Assembly (NCBI GenBank): GCA_965204725.1
Contig: OZ242005.1
Location: 3,456,001 to 3,520,000, forward strand
Length of the DNA: 64,000 nucleotides
Direction: 5' to 3'
Origin: Candidatus Latescibacterota bacterium
Lineage (GTDB): Bacteria; Latescibacterota; UBA2968; UBA8231
Both the position numbers and the translations under genes were made by a program. Below the pieces are notes generated by a model, which was given only the letters and a program-made list of their open reading frames with translations, did not search any database and was not told the origin of the DNA. Every line of letters begins with the position of its first letter. Position 1 is the first letter of the stretch. This document shows positions 1 through 8,894 of this stretch, in pieces.

Positions 1-700
1 TCTTTCGTCTGCCTCTTTTTTTATTGGTGGTCGGCAATAGAGGCCCTATATAGTGGAACCCATCAGCACCGAAATCTAGCGTGGGATATAGTTCGGGTAT
101 ATCGGCAATTAGATAGTACTTCTTCTTCTTCTTAATTTCGCAGGCTTTATTTTTTAAGTACTCTGCAAACGTGTCTCTTGATGATAAGACAGATAGAGTC
201 TGAGGAGGAATACTATGTCCTATTCGGTCGTATCCTTGAATTATTTCAACTTCGTCAATCCCTTCCAAGTGTGCTGCAATTGAAGCCGTTGGTTTCAAGG
301 AATGGATAATCAGATCAGGCTTATACATCTCAATCAAAGACCGTTCGGATTTTACGCAAGAGTCGATCCATTCAGTATCGCATGATCTATAGCCCGATAG
401 CTCAATCTGGTCTCTGTGGATCTCTAGAGGCAGCGTTTTAACACTGCATATTTCTTCGCCTTTTTGGGAACACTGATCCACACAAGGCCCATCTCCTGCT
501 AGCCGAACCTCATAGCCTCGACAGCGTAACTGTTGGGCGATCTCACAAGCTCGCCTAGTATGAACAGCACTACAGCCATGGAATAGGACCATAATAGATA
601 ACGCGCTACGGTCTAATATATTGGTTTCCGATGCTCTTCTAAGATTACTGCTCCACCACAATAACCTTGAGACTAATTTTTCTCTGATAGATGTAATCAA
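1..700 (-). CDS. GT-B fold glycosyltransferase (GT1/MGT/GT28-like), partial, runs off the left edge; low GC
   Basis: Not in the ORF track. Manual translation gives an open frame from TTG at 700 (or ATG at 592) to base 1: IMVLFHGCSAVHTRRACEIAQQLRCRGYEVRLAGDGP...MYKPDLIIHSLKPTASIAAHLEGI, the typical GT-B N-terminal pattern. Confidence 0.75.
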   Translation of the reverse strand, partial: MITSIREKLVSRLLWWSSNLRRASETNILDRSALSIMVLFHGCSAVHTRRACEIAQQLRCRGYEVRLAGDGPCVDQCSQKGEEICSVKTLPLEIHRDQIELSGYRSCDTEWIDSCVKSERSLIEMYKPDLIIHSLKPTASIAAHLEGIDEVEIIQGYDRIGHSIPPQTLSVLSSRDTFAEYLKNKACEIKKKKKYYLIADIPELYPTLDFGADGFHYIGPLLPTTNKKRGRRK

Positions 701-983
701 TTGAAATATACCTCTGGTTGGATGATCTGACTAGAATTGGTGAAGCACAGCTAAGCTTCAGCGGGAGTAAAAGCGAAAAGTGTGCCGAGAAGTGCGTCCA
801 GATAAACTGAGCCGTCGCTGGTATTCTGCTAAGTTCTTGGAATCAAGCAAGTTAGGTAATTCATATTTTTTATTGCCGCAGTTTCCGCCCACCTAGTCAA
901 TACGCCAAAGCGTATCACCTCTGAAACACTACCGTTCCCAAGCGTTACAAAAAGTCGCCGCCTTGGCCCCTGTCGATGATTGA

Positions 984-1012
984 TTGACAACTGCATTTAT
1001 GTTCACTATATT
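984..1012 (+). promoter_or_regulatory. sigma-70 promoter for parE-parC
   Basis: TTGACA (984-989), 17-nt spacer, TATATT (1007-1012). Confidence 0.7.
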
Positions 1013-1145
1013 AGACAGACGGAGAAATTAGCAGCCGCACCCAAGAGAGCGACTTCCCTGCTTCTGTTTTCTCCGCATTTTAACTCCCACTGTCCGCCGG
1101 TCGCGTCCCTCCCCCCTAAACGCGGCGCGTTCTACATTACCTCTT

Positions 1146-2978
1146 ATGGAAGCAATGGCTAAGACTGCAACCAATGGCCACGCCAACGGCAAGGCCACGT
1201 ACGACGAAAGCAAGATCAAGACCCTCTCTTCACTCGAGCACATCCGCCTGCGGACCGGCATGTACATCGGTCGGATCGGCTCGGGTGCTGACCCCGACGA
1301 CGGCATCTATATATTGCTCAAGGAGGTCATCGACAACGCAGTCGATGAGTTCATCATGGGATGTGGCAAGCAGGTCGACGTCGAGATCGACGAGGGGCGG
1401 GTCAAGGTCCGCGACTACGGCCGCGGCATTCCCCTCGGCAAAGTCGTCGAGTGCGTCTCGGTCATCAACACCGGCGCCAAGTACAACGACGATGTCTTCC
1501 AGTTCAGCGTAGGGCTCAACGGCGTCGGCACCAAGGCTGTCAACGCGCTTTCGGCCCATTTCGTCGTGCGCTCCTACCGCGACGGCCGGTGCGCCGAAGT
1601 GCTCTTTGAGCGCGGCGAGCTAAAGAAGCAAAAGAAGAGCCGAGCACCCAACGAGCCCGACGGCACGTACGTCGAGTTTTTGCCCGATCCCGTCATCTTT
1701 GGCGAATGCGCCTTCAACCACGAATTCGTCGAGCGCCGGATGTGGAACTACGCCTGCCTCAACCGAGGCTTGCGCCTGTACTTCAACCGCCAAAAATTCG
1801 AGTCCAAACAGGGCCTTTTCGACCTTCTCAAAAGCGAGGCCGGCGACTCGGTGCTCTACCCGCCCGCATACTACAAGGGCCAGTACCTCGAGTTTGCCTT
1901 CACGCACGTCGATAGCTACGGCGAGTCCTACCGCTCCTTTGTCAACGGCCAATACACGGCCGACGGCGGCACCCACCAGAGCGCGTTCCGCGAGGGGGTG
2001 CTCAAGGGGGTCAACGAATTTTACAAGAAAACCTTCAACGGCGTTGATGTCCGCGACGGGGCCTTTGGCGTCGTCGCCGTCAAGGTCAAGGAGCCGGTCT
2101 TTGAGTCGCAGACCAAAAACAAGCTGGGCAATACCGACGTCCGCAGTTGGATCGTCAACCAGACCCGCGAAGCCATCGTCGATTTCCTCCACAAAAATCG
2201 GGAGACCGCGCAAAAGCTCGAAGCGCGCATTATCCACAACGAGAAGTTGCGGAAGGAGCTGAACGCGGTTAAAAAGGAAGCCAAGGAGGCGGCGCGGCGC
2301 ATCGAGATCAAAATTCCCCAGCTCAAGGACTGCAAGTTTCACAAAGGCGACAAGAAGCGCGGCGAGGAGTCCATGATCTTCATCGCCGAGGGTCAATCGG
2401 CGGCTGGCTCCATCGTCTCCTCACGCGACCCGGAGACCCAAGCCATCTTCACGCTCAAGGGCAAGCCGCAAAACCTCTGCGGCAAGACCCGCGCCTCCAT
2501 CTACAAAAACGAAGAGCTATACAACATGATGATGGCACTGGGCATTGAAGAGGACGTGGAAAATCTGCGCTACGACCACGTCGTCTTGGCTACAGACGCC
2601 GATGAAGACGGCTTCCACATCCGCACCTTGCTCATGACTTTCTTCCTCACGTACTTCGAGGAGCTGGTCACCAGCGGCCACCTCTACATTTTGGAGACTC
2701 CGCTCTTCCGGGTCCGCAACAGGCGACAGACCCTCTATTGCTACGACCAGCGCGAGCGCGAGCGCGCCGAGGGCCGGCTCAAGGGCAACATCGAGGTCAC
2801 TCGCTTCAAGGGCTTGGGCGAAATCTCCCCCAAAGAATTCGGGCAATTTATCAACGGCGACATGCGCTTGGTCAAGGTCGCCGTGCGCTCGCTAGACACC
2901 GTGCCGCAGACCCTCTCCTTTTACATGGGCAGAAATACCCCGGAACGCCGCGACTACATCATGGAGCACTTAGTCTAA
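1146..2978 (+). CDS. parE: DNA topoisomerase IV subunit B
   Basis: GHKL motifs EVIDNAVDE, DYGRGIP, GLNGVGTKAVN; TOPRIM EGQSA, DADEDG; RFKGLGE; 610 aa short form. Confidence 0.9.
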   Translation: MEAMAKTATNGHANGKATYDESKIKTLSSLEHIRLRTGMYIGRIGSGADPDDGIYILLKEVIDNAVDEFIMGCGKQVDVEIDEGRVKVRDYGRGIPLGKVVECVSVINTGAKYNDDVFQFSVGLNGVGTKAVNALSAHFVVRSYRDGRCAEVLFERGELKKQKKSRAPNEPDGTYVEFLPDPVIFGECAFNHEFVERRMWNYACLNRGLRLYFNRQKFESKQGLFDLLKSEAGDSVLYPPAYYKGQYLEFAFTHVDSYGESYRSFVNGQYTADGGTHQSAFREGVLKGVNEFYKKTFNGVDVRDGAFGVVAVKVKEPVFESQTKNKLGNTDVRSWIVNQTREAIVDFLHKNRETAQKLEARIIHNEKLRKELNAVKKEAKEAARRIEIKIPQLKDCKFHKGDKKRGEESMIFIAEGQSAAGSIVSSRDPETQAIFTLKGKPQNLCGKTRASIYKNEELYNMMMALGIEEDVENLRYDHVVLATDADEDGFHIRTLLMTFFLTYFEELVTSGHLYILETPLFRVRNRRQTLYCYDQRERERAEGRLKGNIEVTRFKGLGEISPKEFGQFINGDMRLVKVAVRSLDTVPQTLSFYMGRNTPERRDYIMEHLV

Positions 2979-4867
2979 TGGCCTATATAGACCACTTATA
3001 TGAGAGCTACTTCCTCAAATACGCCTCGTACTACATCAAGGATCGCGCCATCCCGCACCTCGACGACGGGTTAAAGCCCGTCCAACGGCGCATCCTCTAC
3101 GCGCTACAGCAGATTGACGACGGCAAATTCCACAAGGTCGCCAATGTAGTCGGCCAAACCATGCAGTATCACCCGCACGGCGATCAGTCGATCTACGGCG
3201 CCTTAGTCGTCCTCGCCAACAAGGACCTTTTCATTGAGAAACAGGGCAATTTCGGCAACATCTACACGGGCGACGAAGCCGCTGCGGCGCGCTATATCGA
3301 GTGCCGCCTCACGCCCTTGGCTAAGGAAGCCCTCTTCAACAAATCGCTTACTCCATACGTCCCCTCTTACGACGGGCGCAACGAAGAGCCCGTGGTTTTT
3401 CCCGCCAAGCTCCCGGTGCTCCTCGCCCAAGGGGCCGAGGGCATTGCCGTCGGCATGGCCACCAAAATTCTGCCGCACAACCTCGTCGAGCTCCTACAAG
3501 CCCAAGTCGCGTACCTCCAAGACCAGCCCTTTGCCATTCGCCCGGATTTTCCCACCGGCGGGCTTGCCGACCTTTCGGAGTACAACGACGGCAACGGCAA
3601 GGTCTTAGTCCGCGCCCAGCTCGACGCTTCCGACCCCAAGCGCATCCTCATCCGCGAGATTCCCTTCGGCACCACCACCGAACAGCTCATCGCTTCCATC
3701 GAAGACGCAGCGCGCAAAAACAAAATCAAGATCGGTGCCATCAGCGACTACACGGCCGAAGAGGTTGAGATCGAGATCAAGCTGCCGCGCGGCACGTACA
3801 CCGAAGAGATCGTAGATGCGCTCTACGCCTTCACGGACTGCGAACTGTCGATTTCGACCCACCTGATGCTGATCAACCAGCAGGACAAGCCTCAAGCCAT
3901 GAGCGCGACCGAAGTCTTGCAGCACAACGTCGATCGCCTCGTCGATATCCTCAAGGCCGAGCTGCACCTCGAATCCGACCAACTCAACGACCGGCTCCAC
4001 GCCCGGACCTTGGAGCAAATTTTCATTGCCAACCGCGTGTACGAGGCCATTGAGGGCGAGGACTCCCCCAAGCAGGTTGCCACGGCCGTGCGGACGGGGC
4101 TTGCGCCGTTTGCCACCCAAATCAAACGCGCCGTCACGGCCGACGACATCGACGCCTTGCTCGCCATACCAATCCGCCGCATCTCGCTCTACGACACCAA
4201 CCGCGCCCAAAAGGAAATGGCCCAAATCCGCGGCCGGCTGCGCGAGATCAAGGGCCATTTAGACGGCATCATCCCCTACGCCATTTCCTTTCTCCAAGAC
4301 CTCATTAGCCGCTACCGCAGCCAGTTCCCGCGCCGCACCAAAATCGTCGAGCTCAAACGAGTCGATGCGCGCTCGGCTGCCAACCGCAACCTCAAACTCC
4401 GCTACGACAAAAAGACCGGCTATCTCGGCCATCAAATCAACGGCGCGGCCCTGTTCGACGTATCGCTCTACGACAAAGTACTCGCCATCCGCAAGGACGG
4501 CTCGTACTCGGTTGTCCACGCGCCGGACAAACTTTTCGTCGGTACAGGCTTGCTCCACTGCGGCTTGGTAGATAAGGACCTAATTTTCAGCATCATCTAT
4601 AAAGACAAGGCCGGTGCCTCCTACATCAAGCGCTGCACAATCGACAAATTCATCTTAGGTCGCAGCTATGAGCTCGTACCTGCCGAGTGCAAGGTGCTTA
4701 AGCTGACTACCGACTCCGACAAAAAGATCGCCCTCAACTACAAGCCCAAGCCGCGCCTCCGCAAGCTCGACGAGGTCTTCTCCATCGGCCAATATCCCGT
4801 GCGTGGACACCGTGCCGGCGGCATTCGCCTGACGACCAAGGAACTAGCCGGGTGTAAGCTGGTGTGA
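2978..4867 (+). CDS. parC: DNA topoisomerase IV subunit A
   Basis: RAIPHLDDGLKPVQRRILY, YHPHGD, AAARYIE. Start reassigned to ATG 2978 (TAATG overlap with the parE stop). Confidence 0.9.
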   Translation: MAYIDHLYESYFLKYASYYIKDRAIPHLDDGLKPVQRRILYALQQIDDGKFHKVANVVGQTMQYHPHGDQSIYGALVVLANKDLFIEKQGNFGNIYTGDEAAAARYIECRLTPLAKEALFNKSLTPYVPSYDGRNEEPVVFPAKLPVLLAQGAEGIAVGMATKILPHNLVELLQAQVAYLQDQPFAIRPDFPTGGLADLSEYNDGNGKVLVRAQLDASDPKRILIREIPFGTTTEQLIASIEDAARKNKIKIGAISDYTAEEVEIEIKLPRGTYTEEIVDALYAFTDCELSISTHLMLINQQDKPQAMSATEVLQHNVDRLVDILKAELHLESDQLNDRLHARTLEQIFIANRVYEAIEGEDSPKQVATAVRTGLAPFATQIKRAVTADDIDALLAIPIRRISLYDTNRAQKEMAQIRGRLREIKGHLDGIIPYAISFLQDLISRYRSQFPRRTKIVELKRVDARSAANRNLKLRYDKKTGYLGHQINGAALFDVSLYDKVLAIRKDGSYSVVHAPDKLFVGTGLLHCGLVDKDLIFSIIYKDKAGASYIKRCTIDKFILGRSYELVPAECKVLKLTTDSDKKIALNYKPKPRLRKLDEVFSIGQYPVRGHRAGGIRLTTKELAGCKLV

Positions 4868-4967
4868 GCGGCACTCAGCCGCTGCACTAGTTCATATTTT
4901 TACGCTGTTAGATATTTGGCTATATTACCAGTAGTCAGGCTGTTATCGACCCTACTTTTGCCTGAAA

Positions 4968-6014
4968 ATGGAGAACTTGACAGTGCCTAATCCTAAAACA
5001 GTAGAGGAACTGCAGGAGAAAGCTGCAATTTATTGGCCATCTGAAATCGCCAAGCAAGAGAAGAGTTCTAGTATTATTCCATTGCTCCTTAAAACACAAG
5101 ACAGTTTTATAAGCGTACTCCATCTTGCATCTAAAGACCCTTATGATTGGACTAAAATTTTAGATTTTGTTGAAGATCTCTATCCAAACCTTTTTCTAAA
5201 ACATCTTTGTATTTTATCCGACATCGGCGGAGAAAACTTAAAACGCTTTGCAGCAGACCTTCCGAATAAATTTAAGTGTGAGGATTTCAGATTTAACTTT
5301 CGTGGCAAAAATTACGATTCTAAGATGGAATCTCTTTTTTCTGGCAAGAAATGGAGTAATTCCAGCCTAGGACTTGATGGAGAAGGTCTCCAAAGACGTT
5401 TTGGCCTTACAGACGCCATTATTGATGTAAGTACCCTGATATTATTTGGCAGTTTGTCAACTAATGACTTCTTGCCAGAAGAAGTCGAAGATAAATGTAT
5501 TATCGGTTCAATGCTCGGCGACAGGTCGAGATTGGAAAAATACATTAAAGAACGATATATTTGGGTCAGTCGAATTACTGGAGGAGCAACGTCCAATAGA
5601 ATGGGACATCTCGCTCAGAATTATGTAAAAGAGCGATTGGCCCAATATCTCCCAAGTTGGAATTTTTCACAAACTACGATTCCAGGCGTCAGTCAAAATG
5701 AGGGTAGAACAGATATAAAATTTGACATCGTAGGAAAAAGCCCTAGTGGTAATTATTGGGGAATTGAAGTAAGTTTCCAATTTACGACAAACAGTGTAGT
5801 AGAAAGAAAAGCCAAACTTGCCCCTGATAGACAAAGGCTTCTTCGTGAAAAAGGGCATAAAATTGCGTATGTAGTTGATGGTGCCGGTAATTTTGAACGT
5901 CGATCTTTTGTGAAGGACCTAATCGACTACAGCGACTGTATTATCAACTTTAGCGACAACGATATTAGACGTCTTGCAGAAACTATGGAAGGAGACGATG
6001 AAAATGGCTCATAG
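4968..6014 (+). CDS. type II restriction endonuclease, BanI/HgiCI-like
   Basis: Motifs SIIPLL..QD.FIS, PNLFLKHL, KERYIWVSRITGG, FD..EVSFQFTTNSVVERKA and DGAGNF match R.BanI as I recall it; low GC. Confidence 0.8.
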   Translation: MENLTVPNPKTVEELQEKAAIYWPSEIAKQEKSSSIIPLLLKTQDSFISVLHLASKDPYDWTKILDFVEDLYPNLFLKHLCILSDIGGENLKRFAADLPNKFKCEDFRFNFRGKNYDSKMESLFSGKKWSNSSLGLDGEGLQRRFGLTDAIIDVSTLILFGSLSTNDFLPEEVEDKCIIGSMLGDRSRLEKYIKERYIWVSRITGGATSNRMGHLAQNYVKERLAQYLPSWNFSQTTIPGVSQNEGRTDIKFDIVGKSPSGNYWGIEVSFQFTTNSVVERKAKLAPDRQRLLREKGHKIAYVVDGAGNFERRSFVKDLIDYSDCIINFSDNDIRRLAETMEGDDENGS

Positions 6015-7758
6015 GAGTGAAAACTGCAAACCTCTAGATATATCAACAAGGGCATTTGCAGATTTTCAAAAATTATCGTCAAAGTCATCACGTCCAGATG
6101 TATGGCTTTTCCATTTGACTACAGAAGTCGATTTCGACGATAAAGTTTCTATGGAATTTTTTAATCAAGATTTTGACGGTTTTCTTGAAAAATTGCCTGA
6201 AGAAAGTACAATTTGTTTTTTAACAAACCCTCACACAGCTTGCTATGTAATAGAAAAACTTCAGAACCGCGTCAATTTCAAACTTTGGATTGCTGTCAAA
6301 CGGAAGAAAAAGATACTGAGATTGGACGCTTTACCAGATGACCATATTGCTCTTTTAGTTTTTACCCGTTACAAAGATTCTTTAAGACACAACAAGACTC
6401 AAATAGAATATACGTACTGTCCTGCCTGCAAGAAAACAACAAAGGACTACGGCGGCAAGAAACATATTTATAGCCCCTATGGGACGCTTATGTCTGATAT
6501 TTGGCGAGACATTTCTTATGATAATGACGCAGCACCAAGAGCTATTCTGAGTAGGCTAAAGGACCTCTTTGGACACGAACCTTATCGCGAACTGATTTAC
6601 TGCGATGTCAGGAACTTTCTTACATGTTCCAACAAGAGAAAATTCCACTCTTCAAATGGAATAATTAATAACCCCGGCGAGAGTCGTTTACTTAATGGAG
6701 ATTGTTTAGATGTCATTAAAACTATACCTGAAAATTCTGTAGATTTTATTTTTGCTGATCCTCCATATAATATAAAAAAGAAATATGATAACTGGAATGA
6801 CGCCCAAGATATTAGTAATTACTTTTCATGGTGTGACCAATGGATAGCTGAATCAGCTAGAGTCTTAAAGCCCGGTCGGACTTTTGCAATTATAAATATC
6901 CCCCTCTGGATCGTCAGGCATTTTTCGTTCGCGAAAAGCATTTTAGACTACCAAGATTGGATAGTTTGGGAGGGATTGAGCTTACCCGTCAGAAAAATTA
7001 TGCCGGCACACTACGGAATAATTTGCTTTAGTAAAGGTCGGCCAATCGAAATTGCCAATCACGAGAAGAAAGCCAGTTGGACAACTCCCCAAGACTTCAT
7101 GAGCCTCAAACCATGGTATTGTGTTAGAACCTCTTGTATCAAGAAGAGAAATATAAACAAAATTACCGACCGGCAGCCGATTGGAAATTTGTGGTGGGAC
7201 ATCCATAGACTAAAACACAATTCAAAAAGAGTTGATCACCCATGTCAACTACCTCCATCATTGATGAGACGACTTATCCATACCTTTACCAAAGTAGGAG
7301 ATCTCGTTTTAGATCCTTTTAATGGTGCCGGTACAACAACCTTAACATCGGAAATGCTTGGAAGAAAATTTATTGGAATTGAACTGTCAAATAAATATCA
7401 TGCAATTGCCGAACAGAGACATTTAGAGCTGCAAAAAGGGAGGGATCCGTTTGCAAAAAATGGCACTACTCCAAAAGCAAAGAATAGCAGAGTTGCAAGA
7501 CTACAAAAACAGAAGTATGAAGTACCCAAAAAAACACTACAGATCGAAGTCAAGAAGATCGCGATCAAACTGGAACGCAGGCCCACTAGAGAAGATATTA
7601 TTAGACTCAGCAAATACCCAATTCGTTATTTTGACGAATACTTCATCGACTGGGGAGAGGTGTGTAGTGCCGTTGGCGACAAAGGAATGACTGAAAACTT
7701 CTCTCAATCCATTAGCAATCAACCAGATGATCAACAGATGGAACTCTCTTTTAGATAG
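5998..7758 (+). CDS. beta-class N4/N6 DNA methyltransferase with N-terminal extension and C-terminal helical repeat
   Basis: DPPY precedes HPCQLP and LDPFNGAGTT; overlaps the endonuclease stop; low GC. Start is 5998 or 6004. Confidence 0.88.
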   Translation: MKMAHRSENCKPLDISTRAFADFQKLSSKSSRPDVWLFHLTTEVDFDDKVSMEFFNQDFDGFLEKLPEESTICFLTNPHTACYVIEKLQNRVNFKLWIAVKRKKKILRLDALPDDHIALLVFTRYKDSLRHNKTQIEYTYCPACKKTTKDYGGKKHIYSPYGTLMSDIWRDISYDNDAAPRAILSRLKDLFGHEPYRELIYCDVRNFLTCSNKRKFHSSNGIINNPGESRLLNGDCLDVIKTIPENSVDFIFADPPYNIKKKYDNWNDAQDISNYFSWCDQWIAESARVLKPGRTFAIINIPLWIVRHFSFAKSILDYQDWIVWEGLSLPVRKIMPAHYGIICFSKGRPIEIANHEKKASWTTPQDFMSLKPWYCVRTSCIKKRNINKITDRQPIGNLWWDIHRLKHNSKRVDHPCQLPPSLMRRLIHTFTKVGDLVLDPFNGAGTTTLTSEMLGRKFIGIELSNKYHAIAEQRHLELQKGRDPFAKNGTTPKAKNSRVARLQKQKYEVPKKTLQIEVKKIAIKLERRPTREDIIRLSKYPIRYFDEYFIDWGEVCSAVGDKGMTENFSQSISNQPDDQQMELSFR

Positions 7759-7821
7759 GGCTACACGGCCAGCCATTCTCCTTCTCGCCAGAAGGCAAGC
7801 GCATCAGAAAGGATCGACTCC

Positions 7822-8814
7822 ATGTACGTAGGGACTCAGTACTTCGGCACCTCAAAGACCGAGATGGAATTCCTCGTCCGGCACGGCGTGACCCACTTCG
7901 ACGCCAGAGTCGAGGACCTAAACGTCGATACCCTCGTCCGGCACCGCGAGGCCGCGGCCACCTACGGGGTGGAACTGGAAATGGTCCACGTCGCGCCGCT
8001 CGACAACATCGGCCTAGCCAAAAACCCCGAGCGCGAGCGCGACCTCGACACGCTGTGCCAATACATTGAAAACGCCGGTAAGGCCGGGCTGCGCGGCCTC
8101 AACTACAACTTCTGCATCCTGCGCGCCGATGGGGCCGGTGGGCTGGTGCAGCGCACGGCATCTCGCCCGGGGCGCGGCGGGACGACCTATAGCTCGTTCC
8201 GGCTCGCCGAATACGACAACGACACGCGCTACGCGGCCGGTGAGGTCAGCCGCGGAGAGGCCTTTGAGCGGGCGGCTTATATGTTGGAGCGCATCATGCC
8301 CGTTGCCGAGCAATGGAAGGTCCAGATGGCGTGTCACCTCAACGACCCGCCCGCGCCGGTCCTGAACGGAGTGGAAAAGTGGAATTGGCCCGTCTTTGAG
8401 GGGCTGAAACGCTTCAGCGAACTGGTTGACAGCCCGTACCACGGCTTCAACTTCTGCTGCGGGGTAGCGGCGGAGGGCCTAGAAAATCCGGCCACAGAAC
8501 TGCCGCCAATCGTCCGGTATTTTGCCGAGCGAAAAAAGATATTCAACGTGCATTTTAGGAACATCCGCGGCGGTCTGCACGACTTCTGCGAGACCTGGCC
8601 CGACGAGGGCGATGTCAATATGTACGAGGTCGCCAAGGTCCTACACGAAGCGGGCTATCCCTACATGCTGATGCCCGACCACGCGCCGAGCCATCCCGAG
8701 GACAAGGCTCCGGCCGGCGTTTCGGTCCGCGTCAACCAAGCTTGGGCCTACCAGTTCGGCTATATCAAAGCCTTTATCCAAGCACTCGAATACGAGCGAC
8801 CATCTTCGACCTGA
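7822..8814 (+). CDS. mannonate dehydratase (UxuA-like)
   Basis: HLNDPP, FNFCCG, VHFRNIRG, WPDEGDVNM, MPDHAP motifs. Confidence 0.8.
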   Translation: MYVGTQYFGTSKTEMEFLVRHGVTHFDARVEDLNVDTLVRHREAAATYGVELEMVHVAPLDNIGLAKNPERERDLDTLCQYIENAGKAGLRGLNYNFCILRADGAGGLVQRTASRPGRGGTTYSSFRLAEYDNDTRYAAGEVSRGEAFERAAYMLERIMPVAEQWKVQMACHLNDPPAPVLNGVEKWNWPVFEGLKRFSELVDSPYHGFNFCCGVAAEGLENPATELPPIVRYFAERKKIFNVHFRNIRGGLHDFCETWPDEGDVNMYEVAKVLHEAGYPYMLMPDHAPSHPEDKAPAGVSVRVNQAWAYQFGYIKAFIQALEYERPSST

Positions 8815-8894
8815 TGACTATCCAAGCCTAGCGGCCAATTTGCCTTTGTACCATTAGAACACTGTTATTTAGCCAGACAACAAGGAAAACGCCC

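Noticed and set aside
2738-2977. N-terminal extensions in the ORF track (parC, frdC/D, FadL-like, glyA, xylulokinase, kinase, glk)
   Set aside because: They overlap neighbouring genes or lack homology-like content; downstream starts fit RBS position or stop-start coupling better.
1146-4867. DNA gyrase gyrB/gyrA
   Set aside because: Both subunits are short and the A subunit lacks a GyrA-box and full C-terminal pinwheel; they fit topo IV better.
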